Origin: Botryllus schlosseri
Taxonomy: Eukaryota
Direction: 5' to 3'
Length of the DNA stretch: 64,000 bases
Assembly: GCA_051294905.1 (NCBI GenBank)
Contig: CM119376.1
Coordinates: forward strand, 1,798,001 to 1,862,000
Below are positions 22,847 through 36,900 of this stretch, piece after piece (positions within the stretch are counted from its first letter, which is position 1; each line of letters begins with the position of its first letter). Under the pieces are notes generated by a model, which did no database searches, was not told where the DNA came from, and saw only the letters and a list, made by a program, of their open reading frames with translations. The translations under genes and the position numbers were made by a program.

Positions 22847-23782
22847 CTAGCCTGGATGAACGCTCAATTGCTGCATGTTGTTATTACAAAGTGCCCGTTT
22901 ATGAACAGGCGCTTCCTCGTGATCTGTTGTTAGAGACATGGGACGTTTTGATGTTTGAGACTTCTCCGTCGCTGAATGAGAACAGTTTTCATCAAATTCA
23001 GGTTCCTTATCACCGAGTCCGGAAACTGATAAACGTTTCACCAAAGGTGCTAACGATATATTCCCAGGATTACTCTCATTAGAGTCTTTATCAGTTTCTC
23101 GCATTTTTTCAAAAAAATTCTTCATAAGAATGTCACCTTCATCGACTTGACGACGTATTATTCCGGCAGCGCCTAGCGGGAAACGTTCCTGTAATTTAAA
23201 AATCGTTTTCACAGACGCGGACCGCTGTCTTCTGGATCTTGAAAATTTGATGTCGTCCACCACATTCCATTTCTGACGTTTTATTCTTTTATTGACGGGA
23301 CATTGTATTATTGACGGGTGACAAATAGGGCTACGTCTGGAGGCTTCATCGATGTAATAATCCGTGTCGAACAGTAGGTTTGATTTCGCTAACGTAAAAT
23401 TACACTCCAACTCGCTTCGTTTTGACAACTTCCAAAGCTCCGCAACCTCCAACATGACTTTCATCGGCGTTTGATTGGGGTGAGATGATTTTTCCACAAA
23501 GCTCGTCATATCCGATGATTCTACGGACGCCGGCATTAATCTATAACTTCTCGGCGATGAATTCACGAATCTAGTCTCGGCTGGCTTTTTGATAGAGCCT
23601 TTCGACACAGGTAGACAGGGAGATTGATTTCCGTTCGATTGAGGAAACGTGACGGACATGATTGGCTCTGTCGAGGTCGTGGTGCATACTGCAGACGTTG
23701 AACTAACGCTGATTGAGCGCTGGACTCCGAGTTGTGGAACAGTTGGGACGCATGCTGAAGACGAAGTCAAAATGTCTTCCAT
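22847..23782 (-). CDS. Uncharacterised 311-aa Ser/Thr-rich protein, single coding exon
   Basis: Longest non-transposon ORF outside WDR20; ATG directly follows a pyrimidine-rich acceptor (catccttatcgttag|g ATG); no family recognised. Confidence 0.75.
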   Translation of the reverse strand: MEDILTSSSACVPTVPQLGVQRSISVSSTSAVCTTTSTEPIMSVTFPQSNGNQSPCLPVSKGSIKKPAETRFVNSSPRSYRLMPASVESSDMTSFVEKSSHPNQTPMKVMLEVAELWKLSKRSELECNFTLAKSNLLFDTDYYIDEASRRSPICHPSIIQCPVNKRIKRQKWNVVDDIKFSRSRRQRSASVKTIFKLQERFPLGAAGIIRRQVDEGDILMKNFFEKMRETDKDSNESNPGNISLAPLVKRLSVSGLGDKEPEFDENCSHSATEKSQTSKRPMSLTTDHEEAPVHKRALCNNNMQQLSVHPG

Positions 23783-24061
23783 CCTAACGATAAGGATGGC
23801 ACAAATACGAACTCACGCAAAACTTAACAGTAAATTAAAATCGTACAGTAGAGTAGGCAAAAGCTGAGAATTCATACAGCTTTAAAAACGCGGTTTAAAA
23901 TGATGCAAAAGTAAATTCATTTTCATCAATGTGACCTTTGCACAATCTTGACTTATTTATAGCAAAGGCTGAGGTAAAAGTAAAGAAAAGGTAAAATTTG
24001 CTTAGGTCCATTATCTCGTGAAATAATTTACAGTCACACAAATGAATCATGGTATATAACT

Positions 24062-25184
24062 TAGGGTTGCCATACGTCCGGAATTTCCTGGACATGTCCG
24101 GAATTTCACTGAAAAATCTGCGTCCGGGAGGAATTTCTAAAATATGCCTAAATGTCCGGAATTTTGAAGGCTTCAAGCAGGCTCAATTTTTTTTCGTAAA
24201 TCAACATAAACAGTATTATTTTCAAGCAGATTTACGCTATTCAAAATGGTTCTTCGCGCTGCGCGCGAGTTAATGCAACGTATGATGATATTAGTATGGG
24301 CACCTGGTACTACTCTCGCCGAAAATGCAATCAAAATAAATATAAATAACCATCACTTACTGAAATAAGTCTGATTGTAACCGCAATTATAAGATATAAC
24401 GGTATATTCCTAGAGTTGGTTAAGGTCGATTGGATGCTTCGGTCACAGACAGGGGTTACAAATCTTGCGGTCGTTCGCCTTTATCTGGGGATCGCGATGA
24501 TGTTGGACGTAATCGGCTTCCTAAGCCGTTAGATAAGTTTGGGCAAGCTGAATTTTTTTAGTAATCAGCTTATCAAGTCTTGAGATTTGCCTGGGAACAT
24601 TTTCAAATAGGAAATGAGGTCGCGACCATAGAAGGCTGGAAATCACCGGATGTGCAACCTGTTGGTGCATTTTACAATGGCCTAATATATGGAAGAATCA
24701 ATATTTTTGACAGAATTCATACATAAAATTTAACAGCCAAATGCATATAATAAGTGCCTAACAAGTAACATCGACTACCCTATGGTGGCCCCAAGATCAG
24801 TGCTTTTTTGGGCGGAAGGGAGGAGGGGAGAAAAAATGTTCTTTCGGGCCTGATTAAAACACTTAAACAGATAACCGCACCAACCGCAGGGCTCTCAAAC
24901 ACAATCCTGACAGGCCAGACACGGCCCGCCAGATGATATCATCCGGCCCGTGGAGGAATCCATTGTAGACCCTAGCAAGTAGGAATCACCAGATCTCACA
25001 TTACAGATGGCCCAATTCATGACCTATGTTCCACTCCATTCTTGTATAGTGTATATAGTCGATGGCAATGGTTTGCTATTGTGACGTCATATTGACAGGT
25101 CAATGTGGCACACCTCATTTCAAAATCCGCTAGTGGGCGCTAAAGAGTGTCCTGAATTTGCTCCACAAAAATATGGTAACCCTA
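24062..25184. mobile_element. hAT-type non-autonomous element, TAGGGTTGCCATA family (1123 bp)
   Basis: tagggttgccatacgtcc...tatggtaacccta; exact 8-bp TSD atataact. Confidence 0.85.
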
Positions 25185-25800
25185 ATATAACTGTATTTAA
25201 AATCCAGTAAAGCGGTATTGGCAGAAGCAATCGGTGAAATGTATTTCTTGTAGGCCTACTACTGTTATATAGTCATGGCAAGTGCAAGAATTGACATCAT
25301 TTATCTCATGCTACATAGTTCTTCATAAAGAAGTTCTAAATCGGTAAGGCGAGAGAAAGTTGAAGCCTTGAAGGCATGCAGTGGTAAGGTTTTCACTGGT
25401 CATACAAATGGTAAGTCAATCGTTTATAAAATTAATGCTTGTAAACGCCAAGTCGCAGCGGTAACAAGTAGCCCATACACTGCTCACTTCTCTTTGGTCA
25501 ACCTGATATGGTCAAAAATATACGCTTATCTCAAAGAGAGGTACGGTACCTTACCATAAATCAGGACAGGTAAATTAAGAACTGATATTAAAGAATGATT
25601 GAAAGAAGTATCTGACGCCGTTTGGACATGATCAATTCATGGATCATATAGCCATATTATATAGCCGTTAAGTACAATTAGGGTAAAAACAAGGTAAATC
25701 TTTCCCTAACTATATGTATAGGCCTACACGGCTATAACATACACACAACAAGACTATAACAGTTGATGCGTTTGCTCACTGATTAGCTTGCGACGTGTAA

Positions 25801-25970
25801 CCAATAAGCCAGGCTTGAATGAAAACCAATCCAATAATACTCCTTTCTGTTTTTAAATACACGGTCGATCCGATTATTCAACAATGTTGGAAACCAATGT
25901 CTGGTCGATATCGATAATCGAAATTACGATCGATTGCAATTCCAGCGGAGTTGGTCAGTAACGAACCAAT
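25801..25970. promoter_or_regulatory. Cluster of five CCAAT boxes (candidate NF-Y promoter)
   Basis: CCAAT at 25801, 25826, 25831, 25894, 25966, in the divergent interval between the 311-aa ORF and WDR20. Confidence 0.3.
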
Positions 25971-26397
25971 CAACTCAGCCCCATAAGTGAGATTTCTGCT
26001 AACATGTACGCTACTTCATTAATCATCAGTAGCCTACTAGATAGCCAACAGGGCAATCGTAAAGTCTTGAATTTAAGTCCGACCTGACTCGCCAAAGCAA
26101 TTATCAAGTTACGGATAACGGAATACACCAGCTACAAGATTTCAGCTACGAGATCTACTTGATTTACCTTACCATAGAAAATTGAAGAGAGACTGAATGT
26201 GATTGCGTGGCCTGTCAATCACGCACGGCTCAATGAGAACAAAAAGGTGGATTCTCTCATTTGCCTTGGTAAAATCTGAATAATCGGTGACTTCATTTAT
26301 TTATTACGCTCAAAACACATAATTTACAATGCGATGCACATATCAGCCCGAAAGTTTACCGGACCACGACCTCGACCACGACCACTTGGGCCTAGGG

Positions 26398-26976
26398 CCT
26401 AGGCGATGTAAAGAGGAGGCATGCTGCAATGGCATGCTGAAATCGCTCACTGAATGAAAACTAAAATAATTATATATAAAAGGACAAGCGATAAAATGAG
26501 GTGGAATGTGACGGCAGTCGAGATCGATAAGTCAAGTGGTGGTCCGGTGGTGAAGTAGAGAGAGAGAGGGATGATATTCTTTTTCGCCTGCACCATCGAG
26601 ATGCTTTGACGACGGAGTTGCGATACGGCCCCATGAGGTCATCTAGTCTGCGCCCCCGTTTTAGAGGGCTGACTAGTAGAAATTATTGCTTGTATTCGAC
26701 TTGAGTGGACCTGAACATGCTCGACGACTGACGGATATCCGGCGAGATACTGTTCCATACATTATAGGTCCATCATATTTGATATAACGATGATCTTTCT
26801 CGTCGATCACATATCATATGAATCACTATAGTCTATAGTTTACCGGATTACTACCTGACCAATCTCGCCTTCCATCACATGCCACTTCTTTTGGCGCCTG
26901 TCCTTTACTCATAATATTTTATTTTACTTTTCATTGAGTGTGCAACTGTGCATGCCCCATTTTTACATCGCCTAGG
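26398..26976. mobile_element. MITE with ~120-bp TIRs (cctaggcgatgtaaagaggaggca...)
   Basis: The two ends are reverse complements; a second left end occurs at 60780-60866; TSD not resolved. Confidence 0.65.
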
Positions 26977-27212
26977 CCAGGTGGCTGGTGTCTAATTTCG
27001 AAGGCGAGATATACTCAATCCAAGTCGTTTCGACACCTTCCTGCCTTTCATTTTATCGCATTTTTGTGGTGTATTGGAAATGATGAAATTGAATTGAAAA
27101 TTTGGGATCGGATCACTTGTTCGAAATCATAAACGTTATTGTAGGCTACCTAAACTGAAAAGAGCTGATTTTGATATATTTACTCAAAATTTGTTGTCTT
27201 GACTAAAAAAGG

Positions 27213-27499
27213 TCATCACATCATAAGTTTATTTTTGTCCTTGATGTTTTTTGCGGCATATACACCGACTCATGATACACATACACACGATCTGCGCATA
27301 TGCATACCTGAGTGCATGATGTGCATATATGCCGCTGGACAAGGAAGTGCAGATATTGCCTTTACGGCTTTCTAAGTCATGCACCACCCCTCCATGCTAT
27401 CCCAGTAATGCATGAGCGCCAAGCAGGGAAGCCATGGATACCAGTGTTACTAATCAGGTCTTTGGTCTGACCCGGCCGGGAATTGAACCCACGACCTAC
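27213..27499 (-). mobile_element. tRNA-derived SINE, 5' head truncated at a MITE
   Basis: B box gggttcaattccc followed by ggtcagaccaaagac...ttccctgcttggcgctca; the same 3' tail recurs near 48610-48682 (+). Confidence 0.65.
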
Positions 27500-28436
27500 C
27501 AGTGTTGGGATGACTCGAGTCAGACTCGAGTCACCTTTTTGGTATGACTTGACTTGACTCGAGTCACTTTGCTAAAATGACTTGACTTGACTTGACTCGA
27601 CGTATCAAAAATGTGGATTGACTCGTGACTCGGAGCAAAATTCACGAGTCAATTTCAAGTCATCAAGTAATCGGTGTCGATAAAAATCACTGTATCTTGC
27701 ATCTGTTCGGTTTGTTTACGAAACGCTGGTGTAACCCGCGAGAGCGACCAATCATTCAATGATCGTGCGTTTTACTGAGCCTCCATTGTTCTCTCACTCC
27801 AACAAATATGTTGACCGCAAACAAAGTCGAACCTTACAGCTTCACTTTGTCGTAAACTAGTCTTCTCTGTTCTTACCTTAACCAAACCCCTTGTTTTATT
27901 GAAATTGAATTCGAATATAGTTTACATATAGTCCTCACCAATTGGCGCAGGCTCGAATTGTGTCATATCAATTTGTAAATGGGTAATGTATTGCATATCC
28001 TATCAAATCGTTTCTCAATTCTCTATTTTGGATGGTAACTATGAACTGCGAGGCTATGCAATTACTTACGTAGTTTAGCAGTTCTACGTAGCCTATATGT
28101 GAGCGATAGAGCGCCTTCTTGCGTGTATATTTAACTCTATATTCGTTCATCGGTTCGAAATCAATGACCAATCAACCTGTATTTTAGACAGCTAGCAAAA
28201 TGCAATGACGTTATCATGCTTCATACTTGGAAAAGGCAACTTGACTTGAATTGTGACTTGACTCGTGACTTGACTTGACTTGACTCGACTTGACTCGAGT
28301 CACCTCCAAAAATCGAGTGACTTGACTTGACTCGAGTCACCTTTGAAAATCGATTGACTTGACTTGACTCGAGTCAAAATTTGCAATGACTCGAAATGAC
28401 TCGTGACACGAAGGTAGTGACTTGATCCCAACACTG
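27500..28436. mobile_element. GACTC/GACTT-array MITE, cagtgttggga...tcccaacactg termini
   Basis: 11-bp TIR and dense (GACTT)n runs; flanks are not duplicated. Confidence 0.7.
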
Positions 28437-30770
28437 ATATATAAACGCATATGCTATATGTTCGTTCGATTTAAATTATACAAGAGGGTTGGTAAAGGTG
28501 CAGAACACTGCTTAATATGAGCACTGAGCCGTCTAAGAAACAAAGATGCGTTGCTATAAGATTGATATACAACTACGACGACGACCTAAGCTGTGATCGT
28601 TTCGTTTGCGGTCAATTTACAATCGGTGAATGACTGGTTGCCCTTACAAGTAACATTGGCGTACCGTGAACAATCCGAACATACACGAGGGTGATTTAAT
28701 CGGCACCGTTTACTTGATGACTTGAAATTGACTCGTAAATTCTGCTTCGAGTCACGAGTCAATTGACATTTTTAAAGCACTGAGTCAAGCCAAGTCAAGT
28801 CAATTTTGCAAAGTGACTCGAGTCAAGTCAAGTCATACTAAAAAGTTTACTCGAGTCTTACTCGAGTCATCCAACTCTGGTAATTATACGTATAACGTAC
28901 GTTCACCGTTAGGAGAATTTGTCCTCTTTTTTAAAGAAATGTCCTCCTTTTTAACCTAAATCGCTCCCTAAGGCCACGAAAACATTAATTTCAACCTAAA
29001 AGATAGGCGACGGGTTATGCAAGAGTTAATTCTTTAAAAAATGTATTTTGTAATCAACGCCACAGAATTAACGTAAAAAGTGAGCAGCCTATAATTCGGG
29101 AGTCAAGCCCATGTGATAACCTTTTTTTTATTCAGCACCTCAGAAGTATCGTAACAAGTGGGTAATGAGGAAGTCGAGTAAAAGTGATGACCTTTTTTTA
29201 GTCAACACAACAATATTTCCAGTAAATATAACAAAATCAGCTGTTTTCAATTTCGGTGAACTAACTTTTATGATTTGATAAAAGTGCCCTCCTTTCCCGA
29301 TTACAAAATATGGTAACCCTAAACATAATGTAGATGATGAGCTAGCTGTAAAAGTTCACCTTCGTTACATGCTGGTACAGGCTGCTGCCTTCTAGTTTAT
29401 TTTCAATATTATTCTTTCAACACGACAATTGTTCTTAATCTGGGACCTCCCTATCTATTAGGGTTCCCATAGGATTTTACATCTATAGGCATAAATGACG
29501 CGAAATGGGTAATGCGGTCGTTTGAGTCGAATCACAGCGATGGCCACATAAGTAACCTAAAAAAGCGTGTAATTTGGGAGCTGTGTCAGAATGATGACCT
29601 TTTTTTATTTATTCTACATCACAGAATTTGGGTAATGCGGAAGCTGAGTAAAAATATAGTGACTACATAAATAAGCAGCCTCAAAGTAGCAGCAAAAGCA
29701 GCAAAACAGCAAAGTATAGCAGCAAAATGTGAACGTCTTGTGAAAATCCCATGTATAATATATATCCACATTCCACATAGATAGGTTAGGCCTATATGGT
29801 TCAGATTGGGATCAGTGCGATAGCCAAGATTTATTGATGACTCGACTTGCTTCGAGTCATTTTCCCAAAATACGGAAATGACTAGACTCTACTCGAGTTA
29901 ATCGGTGTATTGACTCGACACGGACTAGAGTCATTGCGCATGACTCGAACCAAGTCATATCACTCGAGACTTAGACGATCAAGACCGACATTTCATTGTA
30001 ATTTCGAAAAATAGCACTGTAACGACGCTATAATTGGATTTCGTCTATTCGTACTGGTACTTATTGAAAATGCAACAAGAAACTGCTAAAAGTGAGAAAA
30101 ATTAATATATTTTAAATGCGAACCATTCGATATCACAAAACATAGTTATAAAAAGTGGGTTTACCAAGATTTTACCTGGAAACTGAGCAGTCAACACAAA
30201 GACTCATAATACCGTAATTCGGACTCGGCCCTCAACTCGCTGACTTGGACTCGGACTTGACTCGGTGGTTAATTGAAAACGACTCGACTTGACTCGAGTC
30301 AAAACTATAAAAGTGAGATTGACCTGTGACCTGGTTACATCCCTGTTATAAATCCGAATATTTTCGGCTGACACAACGTCCAGGGGAATCGTCAGCAACT
30401 ATTAGTGAACTGGAGTTCTGTACCTACAAGAAGCTCTTCAAGAATTGTTTATAATTAGATTGCGATAAATAATTTCATGCAATATTAATGTATAATTTTA
30501 TCTCATTGATGTGATTTTTAAAGATATCAGTCGTTATTTTGATGATATTACAGAAATGACATGAAATGCTTAAAGAGCCTAGTCAGGCATATCCATTCGC
30601 TTCTATTATGATGATCTATGGGTATTTTGATGAGAATATTCTTGGATGAGCAGATCCAGAGCTCGGTGTTTGATGTTGTGTCGGTGTGAGTTTATTGAGT
30701 AGATTTATTTATTTCTGAGGTCAGTTTGGGCCACCGATCCCGAGACATCCTCCTGTAAGGAGGCCGAGAA

Positions 30771-30902
30771 ATGGCGATTAGTGCCGTCGGAAGCAAAATG
30801 GAAATACGGACGCATTTCAGTGCAAGGGAAGGGGTTTACAAGCATTTACCGCAGACGGAATTTTGTCGCATGAATAGAGTTCCTTATTCTCCAATCACAC
30901 CG
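30771..30902 (+). CDS. WDR20: WDR20 exon 1 (MAISAVGSKMEIRTHF...PYSPITP)
   Basis: ATG at 30771, ccg|gtatgt donor. Confidence 0.9.
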
Positions 30903-33900
30903 GTATGTTTTAGAAATGATTAGCTGAAGTATATGTGAATTTTGCTGCTTATTTATTCCTTCTCAAATATGTCGTTCTAGAGCACAGTAAATGAATACAA
31001 TATAATACAATTATATTTGCTGTACCAAGACGGTTCCCAGTGTCACACCGTCTGTGCAGTCAGTATAGAATATTTGGTGTTCATGAGATGATGATTGCAT
31101 AGCCTGGCTATGCCAAAAGGAAGTGCCTGGATGCGTTGAACTTGTGCCTGCTAATGTTTGAGCAGTCATTTTACTGCTATAGTTTTATGACTTTGCAATA
31201 TAATTTATTTGCATGTATATACTCTGTCTACATTCACATCTTTCGCAAATGATGGTGAGATTTTGAAGACATACATACCTGTATCCTGCTATCACTATCT
31301 TTAAGTTACCGTATATCAAAAGTATATCTAAATTTTAAGTAGGGAATGACCATGCATCCATGGAATTTGTGTCCAGGAGAAATGCAATCACATCTGTATT
31401 AATTAAATACTGATTGCTGAAAAGGTGCCGAAATTACAAAACAAAAATTTAGACTTGTGTGTAGGGTTTAATTCCAATTAGCAATTTGCGTAAAAATGAT
31501 GCAATGTCATTGATTGATCTATTACATCACAATCAAATATTTTTAGATAAGGCTACTATTTGCTGTAGGCCTGTTGCGATACGATTCAGGTAAATGTGAC
31601 TTGATGAAAATGTATGCGCAAAGACATTAAATAGGGTAGCCTATCATCAATCACAGGCATGCATTTGCACAAATTTTCATGTACATTTGAATAATAATGT
31701 ATTGAAAAATGAAATAGAAATAAACCCAAATATTTTCGGCTGACAGTCGTTAGGGTCAACAATAGAGATTTGAAAAGAAAATTATGTATCAACAATCTTA
31801 TCCCCTAATATGATACGATTATAGATAATTGAAGTTCTGTATCTCCAAGAGCCTGGCCAAACTTCTATGTATTTCTATCAATGCCTGCAGTGTGTACCAA
31901 CGTTAAAATTCTTTTTGGCAGGGCCAACCAAGCAATGTAGCCCCCGTGAAAGCAAGCTTTGTTGACATCGTGCACGAAGGTGTGAAGATTACCAGGATCG
32001 TTTTTGTTGTCGGAAAAGATATATTTTATTATGACTATGAGGGAGTGCTACCTTCTCAGGTGAGAATGTAAAATTATAGCCAGAATCCAACCGATATTCA
32101 GTCGATGCAGATATAAATCCAATAACTAGCATCTTCACGGATAACCAGGATTTATTCAGCCGATATCCAAAAGATACGGCGTCTACCTCAGTAGTTCTTA
32201 ACTGCCGGTCTGTGGCAAGTTTTCTTCCAGTCTGTCCAAAATGTAAGAAGTTGGACGCTTGTACGTTAATTAAAAAAGCTAAAACATTTTATATATAAAT
32301 TGTGAATTGATTGAACAGTCTTGTGAGAATTTTTCTCTGTCGTGCCGAAATAGAGAGTTTATAGTCGGATTTGGGCGTACGTCACAATGTTGCGAGATTT
32401 GCACAAAACTGTTTAAAAGTAACTTACAACTTGTTCCGTACAAGTTAATTGCGAAAGCTACTGAGACTTTTAAACAATTTTCCTTAAATTCCTAATGTGA
32501 AATCAAGCGACACTTGGCAGCATAATGGACGCTACAGCAATCAGCGAAGTTGCATTACTTTCAAAGGATACCCATACCGAACAATCACAATACAGTTTCT
32601 GGCCTTCAACATGACTTCACGAGTTTCGCCATGCAAAAACTTCAGTAGAACCATGTATAAATATCTATCATATATTCAAAAAAGCAGCATTAAGTGAAGT
32701 ATCCAACAGACATGGGGTAATCGTGATTAGTAATCGTAATCGATTACGACGATTACAGCATTTTCAAGTAATCGTAATCGCAATCGATTACATTCGAAAA
32801 AATTCCGAAGTAATCGTAATCGTAATCGACTACTTCCCATATCTAATCGATTTCTCTGTGAAAGAACGATTACTTTTTATTTGTACAAGAACTATGACAT
32901 AAACTGAACATTCGTGATCGAGGAAAAGATGTTATACCAGTCGTGACAGCACAAGAGTCTGATTTTCAAACGCCACTGCTCAATGCTCATTATTACGTCA
33001 GAAGCAGCCTATTAGCTTTGCGCGTCATTGTGTAAGAAGTATCCACAGTAAATAGATATTCGATGTACCTACGTACGTCGTCCATTAGTCTGATAGTAAG
33101 AACACCCGCCGTGCTATATATCAGGTTATCAACGCGTTCCACATGCCACTACCTCGCAGCAGTATAATTTATCTCCGCTCCGCCTATAGTTTAAAATAGT
33201 AACTTATGTGTTGATGTTTGGTTATGCTTATGCCAGAGATATCTAGACTAGTCTAGATATATAGACTAATCTCAAGTTGAAGACTGAATTTCGTCAAGAA
33301 ATTTAGTAATTGCAATACATTACTATTAATTTTTAATCCTCTCTCAGCCCGCGATGGTCAGATATACCTGTAGAGTTTACTTGTTTGAGGTAATCATGGT
33401 GTTTGTCGACTACCACAGACATTTACACCAGGCCGATTTGCATTTTCGATTCCGTATCTGCCGACTTGGAGCCTAGATAAACCTCCAACACTTAGGTAGG
33501 AATTCCGAAGTCGCCCTCGTTCAGACTCGAACCCGCAACCCATTGGTGTTGCATCCGTGGAATGTACCACTGCGCTATCTCGCCACACAATTACCTACCT
33601 GTAGAGCTGTGGCAACGTAATTCATAATTATGACCTGTGGTTTCTTGTTATAATTACTTTAGTGTATGTTCTTGATTCGTGACCTCCGGTTTGTTATGTC
33701 ATCAAAAGATACTGTAGTGGCTCAAACGTAGCAGACTAAAAAAAAACTTTCGTGAGACGCATAAACAAATTGTCATGTCTTTATATCTGACTGCATGTCT
33801 AGCAACTCAAGTTGTACTATAGGGTCAGTGGCCACATTAACTACAACAGGACTTGAAAACATTTTCATCATGTCTAAAAAGCATTCATTCAATGCGGCCG

Positions 33901-36900
33901 TTGAACTCAACAATCAAGTCAAATAATCCATTGGTTTGCTGGTCCGATATCGTTGCAAAACGTGTTGTAACACCACCTGCACTTAATTAAGTCTGGTGAT
34001 GAGCAGACTTAAATTTGAGTACCGATCCAGACGCATTTGAGTGTGAGCATACTTTTTGACGTGAGTTGAGTAACGAAATCGTTGCTGAGCAGAGAATCGC
34101 TACTCGACACCAAAGGAATTGGTCTTCGCCCTAAATTATAAACTACAGAATCCAAGCAAAGCAAGTGAAATTTTTGAATATCAATTTTTTTTGTTATAGA
34201 TTCATTATTTTTGTTGGATTTTCCAACGTCAAGGGGAGCCGCAAGTTGGTTAGCTGAGAGTCACATGCGGCTCTCGGACCCGCGGTTGGCAATCATTGAT
34301 CTAGAGAGGATTTTCAAGTTAATTAGATCTCTCGAAAATACTCTATAACTTATGATAGTTTACGAAATACTTTTTGATTCCCCTTCGAGCTCGCTCTCCA
34401 CCATATTGGGAAATTTGGGGTGCGGCAGTTATGGCCCTGGCAAGAATGCAAATCGTCGGGCGCGATAAATTGACCTCTATGAAAATGGGCAATGGATGTA
34501 TTATGACGTAACCAACAAATGACGCATCTTTTTTGAAGGGAGATCGTTATATCATTAGGCCTTTTCAGCGCAATCCATGTATTGTCTTCCAACATAGCTT
34601 CTAAGATGCAAAATAAATGTAATCGTGAGTAATCGTGATTACTTTTCCAATGTAATCGTAATCGTAATCGACTACTTCCTGATTTTGCTGTGATCGTAAT
34701 CGTAATCGTAATCGCGTCATTCAGAAGTAATCGTAATCGCAATCGATTACATTCATGAAGTAATCACCCCATGTCTGGTATCCAATATTACAGTTGAGTT
34801 GCAAACATTTGCCGTAATTAATTCGAGGTTAAATTTTGATTTTTGATGGTTCATTCTGATTCTCAACCTTTCTGGCCTCGTGGGCTGATAAAACTTCAAA
34901 ACAATTGTTGTGGACTGCCGATGAAACTTCGAAAATCAACATAACCCTAAATTTAATGACTAGATATGTGTTCAACTCAAATTTAACATTGGAAACTTCA
35001 TTTATTTCTGCCTTGTATATTTATGCGTAGTTCTGTTGAATTTACTGCAAGGTGAAATGCACTAAGTCCAGTTAAGGGCCATGGACGTGAACATTGCGAT
35101 TTTTTTGGTATATTTTGAAAGAAGTAGACTTAGCTGTTGAACTTCTTGCATTCTGGAATTGCTGTGTAAAATTCTAATATATTTGGTGGGACTGCAGAAA
35201 TCTTGCCACAGAACGGCACTGGTCTGCAGACTGGCGGTTGAGAAACAGTAAATAATGCTACACTTTGAACTCTTTCATTGTCCATGTCACCTGAAACTGA
35301 TCCTTGCTGCAATCGTTTCAATTTTTAAATGCACCATTGTTTTCAGCCTGTCGACTACTCCCAACCGTTGGACAGAAGAGTTTATAAAGGCGTTCTGCCC
35401 ACCTGCCATGCGATCAACGAACACACCGCAACTCTTAAAAGTTTAAAGGTGGCCGTCGGATTTGCGGCTGGCCAAGTCCAAATTATCGACGTGGGAAGCC
35501 GGCAAAGTTTGCAGATTTTTAACGAAGAGGTAGGTTGAAGATGGGGTGGTTTTTCATTGATTGTCCCGATGGTTTCAAAAGTCAGAATCAGGCGATTTTT
35601 CTCTCGGATAGTTTTGGAATTTGCCATTCCATCTTAAGAACCTGAAGACAGATTTGTACAAACAGTAGTTCTAGCTCTAGTTGCGGATTTTGGAGATAGA
35701 GTAGCTCTAGGTCTAGTTGCGTATTAAAACAAAATTAGTTACCCTACAACTAGAAAACACATGCCGGTACTGTCGTTTTGCGTGAATCGCCAACCTTTCA
35801 TCTTATCACAGCATAGCATAGAGGCCTGTTCAAAAACAATTTTTCTTTCCAATTTCACTGGCTACGTGATAAAATTATTATGTAGGCTAAAACAACGCTG
35901 CACACCAAATCTGGGTCAATTCCAACCACTAGAAGCGAGATTCTTGCAGTAGAAAATTATCTGTCTACCCTGATAAAATTGATAGGCAGTCAGTAGGGAT
36001 GATGTACACCAAATTCGGCTCAATCCCAACCAGTAGAAGCGAAGTTATTGCAGTAGAAAAATTTCTAATCCCATGATTTTATCCTAAAATCTAATTCAGA
36101 TCCAAATTTTTCTACTGCAATAACTTCATTTCTGGTGGTTGGAATTAACCAAATTTGGCGTGCATTGTCTCTACTATGTTATCGCCAGGAAAAATTTGAC
36201 ATTTTATTTTTTTATTTATTATGTGATAGATTCAAAACTTTCTAGTGCAAGAATCTCGCTTTCACTGGTTGGAATTGAGCCAAATTAAGCGTGCAGGGTT
36301 GTTTTAGCCAACATAATAATTTTTTCACGTAGCCTGTGAAATTGGAAACAAAAGATTGTTTTTGAACAGCCGTGAAGATATAGGCCTACACACCTGAAAC
36401 TCCTCATTTATAGTCGTTCTATTAGGGCTGCAATGAATTGAAAAAATTGTTTCACACAATTTCTTTAAATTGTAGACTAAAGATTTCATGTTTAATAACA
36501 TTCAGTCTACTTGCCTTATACTCCATGTAGACTTATATAATGTTAATTAATAACGCACATCGCCACATTCGTGCAGGAAATACAATACCGCTAAATCCTA
36601 TGTTCAAAATTATGTTCATCGCTCACCAAGTTTGAAATGAAAATCTTATCAATGTAAATCTAATTTGAATGGAAATTTAATTGATTGGCTTGATTAGGTT
36701 GCTGTCGATTCCCAATTGGCAATTAAAATATCAGTTGACGGATTCAATTTTTCATCATCAGATTATTTTTGAAATTGTTCATAAGGCTTGTAGTTGCTTC
36801 GGGATTATCGAAGTCCTGCGTTTTCTGCATTGTTGGTGGTACTGGTATGTCAGAATACAATGTATGTTAAGTTCAACTCTCCTGTTCAAACAAGGCAGCG

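Noticed and set aside
22847-23782. Orphan ORF as CDC25, OSER1 or FAM53-like
   Set aside because: Only compositional similarity; no diagnostic motif recognised.
24355-24420. gtaagt donor on - as the 5' UTR exon of the orphan gene
   Set aside because: It lies inside the TSD-bounded element 24062-25184 and the second copy lacks the donor; unsupported without RNA data.
26398-26976. MITE as the non-autonomous partner of the hAT at 60867
   Set aside because: The shared sequence at 60780-60866 is the insertion target; the hAT's own terminus begins at 60867 and differs.
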